Shown: positions 13,001 to 25,768 of the stretch, piece after piece
Layout: each line of letters opens with the position of its first letter
How positions within the stretch are numbered: position 1 is the stretch's first letter
Assembly: GCA_976551045.1 (NCBI GenBank)
Contig: CDPCPM010000239.1
Span: 1,674,001 to 1,738,000 of the forward strand
Direction: 5' to 3'
Source of the DNA: Glaucostegus cemiculus
Taxonomy: Eukaryota
Length of the DNA: 64,000 nt
Position numbers and translations under genes: made by a program
Notes under the pieces: generated by a model
What the model was told of the DNA's origin: nothing
Seen by the model: only the letters and a program-made list of their open reading frames with translations
The model's database searches: none

Positions 13001-13138
13001 GTATCATGTGAACTTGGTTTAATATGATAACACTGATGTGCCTAAACTATAGGCACACTGTTGTGTGAAAAGTATTTCTAATAGTAAATGGTTTGATTCC
13101 CTTCTAGCTGTTTAATGCGCATGCTTGTTCTCCTCCAG

Positions 13139-13184
13139 ATCCTCCTCTCTCAATAACACACTGCCGAAAGAGTGTGGAATCCCC
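13139..13184 (+). CDS. IGSF9B: IGSF9B short exon (DPPLSITHCRKSVESP)
   Basis: Acceptor ttctcctccag| and donor CCCC|gtaagt. 46 nt, phase 1 to 2. Matches recalled DPPLSITHCRKSLESP. Confidence 0.93.
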
Positions 13185-13947
13185 GTAAGTAACCAGCCCC
13201 TTTTATAATTTTGTCCATGTTTGCTTGTTTGTGATAAATCAATGTGGTTGATTTGATTCATTCTCTCAGAGATGATAGCCAAACTTTGGTGCAAGATCCA
13301 TGTCAGACTAACACTAGACTTTGTTTTACAATCAATAAAAGAGAGCAATAAAGTGGTTGTTCTATAATGCCTCTGATTGTGCTGATTGCAAGTGAACTGA
13401 AGTCTGGCAGCCTTAGTTGCATAGATCCTATTAAATTTTAAAGCAGAACATAATTCCATATGTAATTTACAGTTTTCCTACAGGATACTGGAGGACTTGT
13501 TCTTAAATCCTTAATCTGCGGTAACTTTGGAGAGTTATGTTTCCGTAAACAGAGTAGTTTGCTATGATACATACACAGCACAAAAGTGCCATTAATTCAC
13601 CACCAAATGGTTCTGGTATCCTATTGCTGTAATAACATGCATCAGTTGGCAGTATTAATCAACTTATAAATTCCCTCATTATTACTTTAAAATGCATTAT
13701 ATTCATAATATTGTTGCATAACTGGTAAAATGTTCCCCAAGTGAGAGCTAAGTATCTTCGTGAAATGTAAACTAACTGCCACAGTTTCATAACTGATGAC
13801 TCATTAAATTAGTAGCCAAAAGGACTTGTTATTAATGAATAATGGCAGCGAAAGCAATAAAATAATGCTTTACTTCACTGGACAATAACAAAATTGTAAA
13901 CTTGAAAGTATACAGGGTTACTGTTGCCTCTGATTTTGGTCTCTCAG

Positions 13948-15624
13948 ATCTTCCTCAGGAAAGGTGAGTCCTGAAAGCGTCAGAACACTCCGAGCTCCAT
14001 CAGACTCCTCTGAAGATGCTCAAGCCATACATGCCAAGATGATGAGTCCTGGCAGGGAAAGGGAAATGTCCCTGTACAAAAAGACAAAGAGAGCAATAAC
14101 CAGCAAGAAGTACAGTGTCTCCAAGCATGAGGCTGAAGCTGATGTCACTACCCCTATCGAACTTATCAGCAGAGGCCCTGATGGACGTTTCATTATGGAT
14201 CCCACAGAGATGGAGACATCATTGAAGACGAGGAGGATTGAGGGCTTTCCTTTTGCAGAAGAGACGGAAACTTACCCTGAATTCCGGCAGTCCGATGAGG
14301 AAAACAATGATACACTAACTCCTACTGCCATTATGGGCTTGAAGTCTCAGCTTTCACCACTTTCATCCAGTCAAGAGTCATTCTTACAGCCACCAGCATA
14401 CAGTCCATCGTTCCAGAAAGTAGACGAAAGCATGGGAGGCTTAGATGCCAGACTACAAGCCACCGGTCAGGCCAGGCGACCTGCTAAAGGTTACTCTCAA
14501 AGCCAGTTTTATGGCTATCTCAGCAGTAGCTCAGCAGACCAGGATGGTCAGCCATTTTACATGCCAGATATCAGTCCCCTCAGTTCAGTGATGTCTTCAC
14601 CTCTATTACTTGCTGAAGGACCTTATGGTCATCCTACCCTCCCTGCAGATCACGGAGATCCTGAAGGACAGCATTTGGTCACTTCCAGTAGCACCCTGCC
14701 TTTGACTCACACTCCAACCACTATGCGGTCTCCTGAACCATGGAGAAGGAAGAAGTTGTCTATAAGCAGCATTGAAAGCTCTCCGGTTATGTTCTCGCAC
14801 CATCAAGAAACACCTGAGAGTACACTGCCAAAGGCTGGTCTTCCAAGGGGTGGCCCCCCTTCCTCACTCCAGGTCTCAGCACCCTACCACAGTGTGCTGC
14901 AACTGGAGGCACCAAAGAGTCAGACTGGCAAAGCTCCCAGCAAAAGTAAAGGATCTGCCTCTCTCTCTCAAAAACATCCACATCAACCTATGCAACAGAC
15001 CAGCCACGGGCAGCTAAAGCATACCAGCCATGGTATAAGTGCACCCACATTGCCTTACACTGAATCAGCCAAACAGGCTGGTCCCAGTGGCACAAGCACA
15101 TTCAGTCTGGACACCAGGTGGTACGAACCAAGACCCAGGCCCAGACCTAGCCCTAGGCAAGGCAGAAGGACTGAGGCTAGTTTACACCAGGTGGTTCTAC
15201 AGCCTTCCCGGCTCTCCCCTTTGAGTCAGAGTCCTCTGAGTTCCCGTCATGCCTCCCCAGAGATCTCATCCCGTCCACGGCCTCGACCCAGTGTCATGCA
15301 GCCCTCCCGCGGAATCTTTCCTGCAGGTATCTCTGTGGAGATGTCTGAAATTACCCTTCAGCCTCCTGCTGTTGTTAGCTTATCCGGAAGGTCCTCTCCG
15401 TCCTCCTCACCAGCACAAAGCAGCACTGCTGAGCAGGGCAGCAGACGAGGAAGCCCCAGTTATAGACCTCATTTGGCACTGACACCTTCGACAGGCAGCT
15501 ACACAGGATCCCTTTCTCCTACAACAGGGCGCAGCGAGTTTTATAGTCAGATCCCTTCCCAAAGGAGGAGAGATGAAGACATTCCTCCTTTTGAACACCC
15601 ACCTTCACACTTATCTACTTCAGG
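13948..15624 (+). CDS. IGSF9B: IGSF9B large cytoplasmic exon (1677 nt, Ser/Pro-rich disordered tail)
   Basis: Acceptor ctctcag| (phase 2) and donor TCAGG|gtaggt (phase 2). The 554-aa ORF has conserved blocks TTPIELISRGPDGRF, RRIEGFPFAEET, LDTRWYEP, LHQVVLQPSRLSPL and EMSEITLQPP. Confidence 0.96.
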
Positions 15625-18600
15625 GTAGGTATTTGAAAAAGAACATTGAACCAGATCGGTTGGAAAGCCAGATTGATTTCTTCTGTATCACTAAGTATTA
15701 TTGATTTATTGTGGAGTTCCTGTGTTCCAGGATAGATGCCTTTTTCTTTCAAGTGTGCATAAAGCTTGACAGTGCTGCGCATTCATAGAGTTGTTCCCTA
15801 ACGTCGAGCTGGGGAGGGAAGAGACCTCTTATAAATAGACTTGATGTCACAACTCCATATGATTCTAAATATGGATAAGGACCTCATACAACTGTAAATC
15901 ATCAGAATATTATTTATTGTCAAATTTCTGGGCAAAGGTCACATGTAATGTATGTCAGGATTTGAAGTGTTTAGTGAAAGAAATTATTACACAGGGAATA
16001 CCATTGACAAACTGGAACAACATCTGGTGTTTACATCATTAATAGCTTAGAGTTTTCTGTCACTAGTGAAGTAATGGGGCTTGCCACTGACTTCAAAGAA
16101 ACCTGGACATAAATATCTAGGAATCCCAGTGACATGAATTTCACCTATGCTGGCATCAGTTGTTGGACATCACCTCTGTGGGATCTGTGGCATCTAGCAA
16201 TAGTGATGTCATCACTGAACAGTCAGTCACGTTATTGAGACCTCATATAGCAGACTGGAAAGTGGAGTAAACATGCCCAGAAATTCAGCCCTGGAGAGTA
16301 GTCTCAAATGCATCATATCATAGCATCAGCACATTGTACCCTGCCTCAAAATTCATTCGATCCAATCAATGTACTTGAATTTCAGAGGCAGAGTGTACCA
16401 CATAACCACTACTATATAGTAAATTACACAACATGGATTGGGGATGAGTTTCTCAGTAGAAACGTTTGATTAACTTTTTAACCTCCCATGCAACATTCCA
16501 AAATTTGTTTCAAACTCTACGAAAGGTTAAGGTAGAAACTAAAACTTATAAACTTTTTAAAAGTTTTTTTTATCATTTTAAATAGGTTTGCAATTTCATC
16601 TGAGGAAATGACACCCCATACAAAATATTTTTCTTTAGGTTGTTGAACAGCAGTTATGGCTTGGTACAGAATTAAAACTCAATTACATCTCATGCAATAA
16701 CGCAGAGAATGTTAAGCATTTTTCACAATGGAAATAGTTAAGAAATACCTTCAATAGGATGAGGAGGAGCAGGGAATCACCTCAAGCTTTTTCAGGTTTT
16801 CTCCAGTGCAGTCAGATTTCTTCCATTAAGACATTCTGGGCTGACAAGATTACCCAGATATTGTAGCATTAATTGCCTGTGGGTCCCAAGCAATTAAATT
16901 TTCACCAAAAGAATCGCAAGTGATAGGTCACCATTGAAATTCAGTATTTGGATTATAGTCTATGTTTTTACCTTCTCATGGATGTTAACAATCCTGGAAA
17001 TTACTGTTTGCCAGATTAATTTAAGAATATCATGTATATTCCACTGACATACCCCAGTTGCCATTTTAACAGGGGTAATAATCTATTTGTTTCAAGTCAG
17101 TTGGCATATCTAGTGCAACAGTGGGTATTCAAATTTCATGTAAAGATCTTAAGCATTTGTGCATCAAAATACAAAGAGACATTTCTAATCTAATGATAAT
17201 TTCAGCATACCTGACTCAACCATTCCAGATCAATGTACAGTATCATATGGTTTCTTGTAAGAGGCTGAATTATTCATGAATCTTGTTTTGTAAGTAGAAG
17301 TGTATTTGAAGGTTATCAATGTCTAAATTCTCTCCAAAAGCTAATGCAACACCTGCTCACAAAATAATTAGAAGTGAAGAAAAATTCCTCCTCATGCTAC
17401 CCCAGTAACAAACACAGCTTTCCTTTTAGAGTGAAACATGACGTTTGTTCTTTAATGAATCTTAAGAGAACCTGAAATGTGTAATTTTAAAAATATAGCT
17501 CCACGTTTCTTCTGTTCCCATTTCAAACAGTGGAAGAGTATTCAGATCTGAACTTCCAAATTACTGAACTTCTAAAGGTGTATTTGGAGGCTTTGGTTAG
17601 AAATCGCACTGTTGCCATCCAGTCAGATGGCCCCATGTTTCATTTGGGTGCCCATCATTCACATTTATCTGGCCAGTTGGGAACACTTGTAAATTTCAGC
17701 CAAGCATTTTCATCTTCAGAAGAGGAAATGATATAATCAGAATTTCTTCACTGCCCATGGATTACTTGTTGGTTGCTTCGAAAGTATAATTCTAGTGCTC
17801 ATAGACTTATAAGAACTAAGATAGCCTGAAGAAGATCTAGAAGAGGAAAAGTGATCATCAAGGTAGTCAAAACCTGCCTTTATTGACCATGTTCTAGAGT
17901 ACCACCTAATCACGAGAGTTTGTAAATATATATTTATTTGGAGGAATTCATATTTGCAGCCAACACTCTGGTGATGCAATGGCTGCAGAAGACCTTGCCG
18001 CAATCACCTGAGCTAAGTAGTAGGATGATCACCTCTCAAAAATCCTTCCTCTAAGCTACACCTTCCTGCTTTACCCCTTAATCTGGACCATTAACTCAGG
18101 TCCTGCAGCTGCTTGTAAACTTTACTGCCAATTTACAATGAGCTCATCATTCCATAGAAGGTGAGTTATTCACAGCTTTCACTCATTTTTGCGTATGTTG
18201 GGCTTATGGCATAACAGAAAATGTCTGTCTGAATACATTCAGAGGAGGTAAGAGAAAACCTCTCCCAATATGGCAGACGTATAGATCAGAAGGACAGAGT
18301 TAAACATGAACAGGTAACTGTCTTTTTACTCCAACTTCTACCAGCCAGGGAAGGCTGTAATGAACCTGAGTTGATTCAGACCATTTCCAGAAAGCTGCTG
18401 CATGTAGTTCCATGAAAATGGTATCCATCTCCTTCAAAACGGAGCCTTTAACTAGCATAGATTCCCTGATGCAACTTTCTAACTAGTGCTGTGAAAGTTG
18501 GGATAAAATGCAGCACTTCAAATCTATAACTGTATGTGCTATGCTATCTTATATTGGCATGAATTAATTCATGGTGACCCATTCCCAGTTCTGATATGGT

Positions 18601-20539
18601 TATGTATTTATATGGAGATATATATGTGTATTTTTTACTATTTTAAAAGTTCAAAAGTTTCTGAAACTGGAAAATGAACGTCCAAGGTATCACCTGATAG
18701 TTCAGTGACGTTGTATTGAAAGAAAGAAAGCAAAGTGCAGTTTAGCAGCAGGGCTTTTCTCATGCTGGCTTGATGTTCAAGGCTAGGTTTACAGAAGTTG
18801 GATGAGTAAGGCTAATATAGCATGTGTACAAAGGAAATGAGTTAAGGATTATCTAAATGGCCAGATTAAATACTCTGTTAAATGTTTACAGTATCTAGAT
18901 TTGGTGTCAAGATTTCCTCTTTTCATATCAAGTTGTGCATTTGCTGTGCAAGTTCCAATTCTAGAGCTGATTAAGGTCAATTTATAACTTCCAGCCTGCT
19001 AATTATTAAATCTTATTGTTCACTTTTCCTGAAACAAATTGAAACAAAAATATCTTAAATTCATTTCTATATCACAGGATCAGTCAATAAACTTTACCTA
19101 AGATCTGTTTGGTATTTTTTTTTTTAATTTTGAAAGCTTACCAGCTGCTCTGTTAATACTACTGACATCATTTTACAATATGTATTAGAAACACAGGGTT
19201 CAGTTAGTATTTTGATTTTCTATTGTGGCTGGTCCTGTGTACAGACCATAAAGTTGTTCAAACAACCAGTATTCCTACTGCAAAAATAGTGAATATAGAT
19301 TCAATGACTTGGAATTTAGATTCCTGCCCCAGGTTTTAATCATGGGAAGGTTGAATGACCTTTAATGTTTTGTACATTTTCTAAATAACTGCCCATTCAC
19401 CATTAAACTTGCATATATATTTTCATGTCATCTATGTTTAGTAGAAATTTGCTCATCCTTGTTCAAATTTTATCCACCTTGAGTAGAAATTGGTATAATT
19501 AAATAATCTCGTTACAGGTATGATACAAAACAATTTGAAAACTGAGTATTTTTGTTGAAATGACAATAGTTTTTCTGGTGTAATCATGTTCTCACTCATA
19601 GTCATGGAACTGAGAGTTATTATCTTTTATTTGAAGAGCCAAGATTATAAAAGGAAACTCAAATTAAAGTGATAAAGGTGGTCTTGGGAATGAGGTCATG
19701 GAACGTTTTCAAGACAATTTCCTCAAACAATACATTGTAACTCCAATTGGGGAATGGGTAATTTAACATCTGGCTGTGTGTAATGAAACAGGATCAATCA
19801 GTACTCTTACAGCAAAGGTTTCTATAGAAGAAGAGCAATCAAGATATGGTTGAATTTTTCATTCAGTCTGAGAGTAACAAATGTAAGTCTGAAACTAGAG
19901 CCTCAAACTTAAATGGAGCATGAGGAATGGGTTGAAAATTGGATTAGAAGTTATGAACATAGTACAGCAGTGGCAGACAGTTAACTGTCAGTTAACTGGA
20001 CAGTTAACTCCTGGGGAAGGGACAACAGGTGGACTCTCATGACACCCAGCGAAGACACAAGAGAGTTACATGTATGACACTCTCATGGTGATACAACAGC
20101 ACATGTGGTAATGGGGATGTCTAAATCTGATCAAAGCAAGGGGGATGTAATAAAATGATACTCTCATAAAGTTTAGGACTTTGGACATTCATGCCATTAA
20201 TCCTCAGAAGTGTTTTGGTTAGTTGGTCAAGTCCTCTCTGGGAAGAGGTTATGTCCTACTTATGAAGAGTGTGATACTCACATGGAATCATTAATAATTG
20301 ACATAGCTGATGAAATGCAGATAACACAAGGAGATTCAGGACTCTGTAGATACTTCACGCATTCACTTGAGGCTAATTTCCCCTTTCAGGGTCAGGTACT
20401 AAAATTGAGAGCGTTCTCTCACTAGACTTCCTTTTATTGCCCACATGGAGGAGATGGACCTTTTCATTGAAGTGGGTGGTGCAAAGAGTAGAACATCATT
20501 CATTGGGTCGTGTAGGAGAGACTGTGTAGTTCAAAGATA

Positions 20540-20862
20540 GTTCATAATGCAGAAGGAAACCAAGTCTATGTTAGGTCTCAGAGCAACGCCATTCTCCCAT
20601 TTATTTCCCTGTAATCTATTCTCTGGCACGTGCCCACTAACACCCCATGATTTTCCCACCAGTCACCTACACCTGGGGATAATTTGCATTAGTCAACTAA
20701 CCTAACAACCAGCACATTTTTGGGATGTGGAAGGAAACTGGAGCACCCAGGGGAAATCCACACAGTCACAGGGAGAACATGCAAAGTCTACACATAGATA
20801 GGAGGTCAGAATCAAAGCAGGTCATTAGATTTGTGAAACAGCTGCACTACCTGCTGCCCCTG
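20540..20862 (-). mobile_element. HE1/V-SINE-like SINE
   Basis: tgggatgtggaaggaaactggagcacccagggg is the reverse complement of the V-domain core seen at 5900-5940 and 29780-29810. Confidence 0.8.
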
Positions 20863-21544
20863 TCTATGGATGAACATATGGTTCATGTGTTGCTATTGAT
20901 CTAAATGCCAAGGGTGGGATAGCTGATGCCCTTCTCTGATTCGTGTACAGAAAAGTTTCAGCAACAATTTTCAATTGAGCCTTGCTCCATCAGGAACTGT
21001 ATGGATCCCATTTTAGCTCCTGTGTCTGGTTGTAATCTACCCTAACGCTGTTTCAAACATTTTTTTTTGGCCAGTTTCATGACTTTGTGCAGGAGACCCA
21101 AATGAGCATTAATGCTAAACACAGCAGCTGTTTAGTGCATCAAAAATCATGAAATCCAATTTCTAGCCAAAAGACTCCACAGGAAAAGTAATTCTTCTTG
21201 GCCAGTAAAGAAATTAAGGGTTGTATTAAGTTTGAAAGAAAAGGCTTAGAATAGCATTACAGCTGAGGATTGGGAGAATTTTTAGAAACATTAGCTTCTA
21301 AAGGAAGACTGAAATAATTCTAAAGAGGCTGTAAATAAAATATGAGAATAAACTAGCAAGAAATATGTAAAAACATATTGTCACAACTTGTACAATTATG
21401 TTAAAAGAAAGAAAGCAGCAAAAGTAACAGTTGGCCCCATAGAACCTGAGACAAGGAAACTAAAATGGTGGTGAGGAGATTGCGGAAACAAGAAACTCTT
21501 CTTTGTGTCCATCTTCACAACAAGAGTTGCTAAAAGCAAATAAT

Positions 21545-21780
21545 AAAATAATGTGGAAAATACAGGAAATACTCAGCAGGTTCAGCAGCGTCTGTGAATG
21601 TCCTTCCATCAGAACTAAGAAAAGGTAGAGATAAAAACGTGCACAGAAGAAGGGATGAAGAAAGAGGAAGAGGAGGCAGAAAACACAAAAGAGAGGGGCA
21701 GTAATAGGATGGAGTAGATAGGAAGACTTTGAGTGGTGGACCTGGCTGTAAGCAGCTAGTAAAGGTGGAGCAAAAAAAGT
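21545..21780. mobile_element. Single arm of the Penelope-like element inserted in the CR1
   Basis: ggaaatactcagcaggttcagcagcgtctgtg...ccttccatcagaact resembles the left arm at 910-1010. Confidence 0.6.
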
Positions 21781-23427
21781 AAATAACCAAGGGGCAAAGG
21801 AGAGAAATTAACTTGAAACAACTAAATTCACTGGAGGAAATCTTCAGGTAACTAATGCGATGAAGGGCTAACAAATCATCTGGATGTGATGACCTGCATT
21901 TTCAGGTTCTAAGAGGAGGCTGCTAAGATACTAGATGCACAAGTTGTCATCTCCCAAGATCCCTTAGGTTCTGGATTTAACCTATCAGATTCAAAAGCTG
22001 CAAATTTAACTGTATTCAAGAAAGAAGCGAGAGGGAAGATAAAGATAAGCTGCTTAGCCAGTATCAGGTGTTAAAGAAAATGCTAGGATCCATGTTTAAG
22101 AAATGAAAATTGGTCAGGCTGCTCCTGTGATCACCATTTCCCTCCCTACTCTTGCCAGGAGAGTGGCAACTTGGTCACCAGAGCGAGGTCCTGTCCAGGG
22201 GAAGCTGAGGTCAGTACCACCAGCTCTGCCGAAAATAGCAAGCCCTGCCCCCGAACTGCACGGACATTGAGCTAAGCCATTGCACTCCCACCCCACAACC
22301 ACACCTCTTTATAGCTTACAAGCTGACAAAATTGTCGATGTCTTTAAATGAATGTGAATGTCTCTTACAGTCACAAGCATTTGAAAACAAGCAAAAAAAT
22401 CGTTAATTATTTATCATGCTACTCTAAATACAAAAATGGCATTTCTAAAATTTAAATTGTTTTAAAAAATTAAAAACAAATGCTTAAAACATTAGAAAAC
22501 ATAAAGGCAATTAACAACACTCAAGTGCATCTGAACTAAAGATTAAATATATTTATTAAATAATTAAAATAATGTAAATTAACTGAAGCTTGCTGGTCTC
22601 CCTCAGAGCCTTCCTTCCTCATTGCAGTGATTGCAGTCGCTGTGCCAGATCAGTATGCAGGTTCAGCGGGCAGATTCCCCAGCAAAACTGTTGGGAAACA
22701 TCAGAACGCTGTCACTGTGCTGCTGGACTCTACGAGGGAGATTCTCAGGAAGTTCAGGATTTTGACAACTAGTAAGGTGCCTCGGGGATCACTGCTGGTG
22801 TCTGGCTACTTACAATCTCTTGACAACAAAGGAGATTAAGTATAATACATACAAGTTTCCCAACGGGGCAAATAAAGGTAGAGATGCAAGTTGTGAGGAC
22901 ACAGAGGGTCTACAAAGTGATACAGATAGGTTAAGTGAGTAGGCAAATTTGAGATTATTCAGTATGGTAGGAATAAGTGAAAAGCAGTATCTTATTTTAA
23001 ATGCTTGAGACTATTAGGTGACATCATACAAGAAACAGTGAAGTTGCTATTCAGGTGCAACAGGTGATTCAGAACACAAATGAAGTTGGCCTTTATTCCA
23101 AGGAGGTTGGTACAGAATTGTAAGGAAGTCTTGCAGCAACTATAGGGCTTTGATGAGATCACATCTGAAATATTGTGTCTCCTTATTTAAAGAAGAGTAT
23201 ACATGAGGCCATGCATTGAAGATTTACTAAATTAATTCCTGGGATTTGTTGGAATGTACAGAATGTAAGAACTGTCTGTAAGCAGGTGTATAGGCTCACC
23301 TGTACTATCCACAGCTTATCGTATAGTTAAATGAGTTCAACAGTTCTCGTAATTTTATTTCTTAATAAGAGGGATGATAAGTTGTGGTACAATTACAGTG
23401 TCTTGCCTTTTCAGTTCTTTTTAGTAC

Positions 23428-24835
23428 ATTCATAGATGTGGACTTAGCTGTTTCTGCCACTTTTTATTGTCTATCCGAGGCAGGTGAAGGAAAAGCTCCT
23501 GCAAGCCATTTGGTAGGGTCTTGAGCCAGCTATGAACACAATGCATTTCCAAGCCAGTGTAATGTGTTATTTGGGCAAAATGTGGTGGTGTCATGATGTG
23601 CCTCCTGTCATTGCAGCTGAAAAGATCATGGTTTTGCAGAAGGTGTTGAAGAAGCGTTGGTAAGTTACCACTGGGCATCTTGTGGCTGGTACAAATCACA
23701 AATGTTGAGTGCCAGTGGTAGAGGGAGTGAATTAGGGCAGTGAGTGGAGTGGAATGCATATCAAATGGACTGGTTTCTCCTCCAAGATGCTTGATTGGAG
23801 AGAGTTTCATCTCATACTTTATTTATTGGTGGCAAGGCTTTTGGAAATTAGGAATTGGGCCACTTGCAGTAGAATACCCAGTGTGTTAAATCTGCTCCTG
23901 CAGCCAGAATATTTAGCCAGTGGATGTCTAGAGTGGAGGATTCGGTGATATTATTGTCATTGGAAATCAGTAGAGCTGCTTGAACTTCTCTTTTGGAGAT
24001 TGCCTTTGTCATTGTCTTTAACATGTGGAGCACAAACATTAGGGCCAAGCCTAAATATTATCCAGATCTTCTTGCGTGTGGTTGTGAACTCCCTAATCAT
24101 CTTACAATTAATTTATGATTAAGAGTTACCAATGGAACCAAGCACTGTGTAATCATCAGCAAAGATCCCCAGTGTTTCCACGATGGAGAGCAGGTGATAC
24201 AGATTAATGAGCTGAGGATGATTGGTGAAGGCACTCCCAATAATTGGTCCCCGACAACCACAAACTTTTTTGAGCTAGTTATACCAGTCAGAAGAGAATT
24301 TTTTCCACATTTCCAAGATGAGTTAAATACCACTGGGGCCCCTTAATGCCACACACTGTCAAATGTCCAGGGCAGTAAATTATCGTTTCACCTTTAAAAT
24401 TCAGTTCTTTTGAACATGTTTGGACCGAAGCAATAGAAACCAAGCTGAGCACAGGTAAGCAGCTGCTTTTGAGTATGAACAATAATTCAATCCCTCTCTT
24501 TATTGGTGGGTTGACAAGGTAACAGTTAACTGAGTTGTAGTGATCCTTCTTTCTGAACTTAGGGCATATCTAGGCAATTTTGTACATTGTTGGAGGATGT
24601 CTATATTGTAGCTGTACTGCAGTAGCTTGGCTAAGGGCACAGTAGTTCTGGGCTACTGCAGCCAGGATGACATTGGGTCCCATAGACTTTGCTGTATCCA
24701 GAGCTCTCAGCCGTTCTTTGACATAATATATAGTGAATCAAATTAGTTGAAGTCCAGCATTTTTCTCTTCAGGATAAGCCCAAGATGAATCCTCCACTTG
24801 AAAACTTCTGTTAAAGATGGTTGCAGATGCTTCAA
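23428..24835 (-). mobile_element. Old LINE (CR1/L2-like) RT plus 3' end
   Basis: The minus strand reads GIFADDY around 24152-24163 (RT catalytic motif). Same family as 8615-10070 and 60168-60560. Confidence 0.8.
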
Positions 24836-25395
24836 CTTAAAATTCATGGGACAATCACAGTTTTTTATATGTAAGATTAGCTTCAACTACCCAGAGGCCC
24901 AAACTATTATTTCAGTAAGTTTGCATTTTCTTTGGTCTCTGATTTAAGTTGCTGAGAATAAAAAAAGCATCCCCTGCAGTATCAGATCAATGCCTGTCAT
25001 TGCCTGAATGATGTAAATCAGGGGTTACTTTGTGTAGTAATTGAGAGGTTACTATGAAGAATCAAACCTTCATTTGAAGAAATACCAAAGGTTTAAAGGT
25101 TAAGTGCAAAGGTTTCATTCTTCAGCTCGATGTCTGAAACACAAGGGAACTTATCACCATAATAAAACCTAGTATGAGTGTGCCTGGAAGTTCATTCCTG
25201 GTCAGTGGAGCTAAATGCATGTTATAGTTACAGCATTAGTTCCTTTGAAGTCAGTAGAACTGAGTTCAGAGACAGAGGGGAATACAGTATCCTCACTACA
25301 AAGTAAGCCTAATGCTAAGCTAGTTTTTATTTGCCTGGCTATGGATTACATGCTCTTTCACTCTGGAACATTGACATCATAAAATTGTTAGATTT

Positions 25396-25768
25396 CTTTC
25401 TTTGGAGTTTAGAAGAATGAGGGGTGATCTTGAAACATATAGCATCCGAAGGGGACTTGACAAGGTGGATTTGGAGATGTTGCACTAGTGGGAGATTCCT
25501 GAACTAGTTACAAGGGGTGGTTATTTAAAACTGGGGTATTCTACTCACAGAGGGTGGTGAATCTCTGGAGAGTAGTAGAGGCTAGATCACCAGCAGTATT
25601 TAAAGAGGAGCTAGATAGATTTTTGAATGGGGGGGGGGGGTTGAGGTACATGTGGAACTGGCAGAGACGAGCAGTTGAGGATGGAGCAGATTAGCCATGA
25701 TCACACTGAATGGTGGGGCAGAAGAGAGACTAAGTGGCCAACTCCTGCTCCTATTTTCTTATGTTCTT
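25396..25768 (+). mobile_element. CR1-type LINE 3' end
   Basis: ttggagtttagaagaatgaggggtgatct (LEFRRMRGD), cagagggtggtgaatctctgg and tail actcctgctcctattttcttatgttctt. Confidence 0.85.

Larger units (their letters stand above)
19650..23245 (+). mobile_element. Long, heavily decayed CR1 ORF2 (endonuclease end, linker, RT) broken by several insertions
   Basis: Collinear pieces: about 19650-19985 (endonuclease end), 21140-21530 (linker), 21780-22105 (KSPGPDxLHPRVL-like region) and 22830-23245 (RT end, YRALMRSHLKYC). Confidence 0.75.

Noticed and set aside
14020-15598. Short ORFs overlapping the giant exon in other frames or on the minus strand
   Set aside because: By-products of a GC-richer coding exon.
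17531-17577. Possible exon (aaacag|...AAG|gtgtat)
   Set aside because: Weak donor, an internal stop in the required phase and no supporting motifs.
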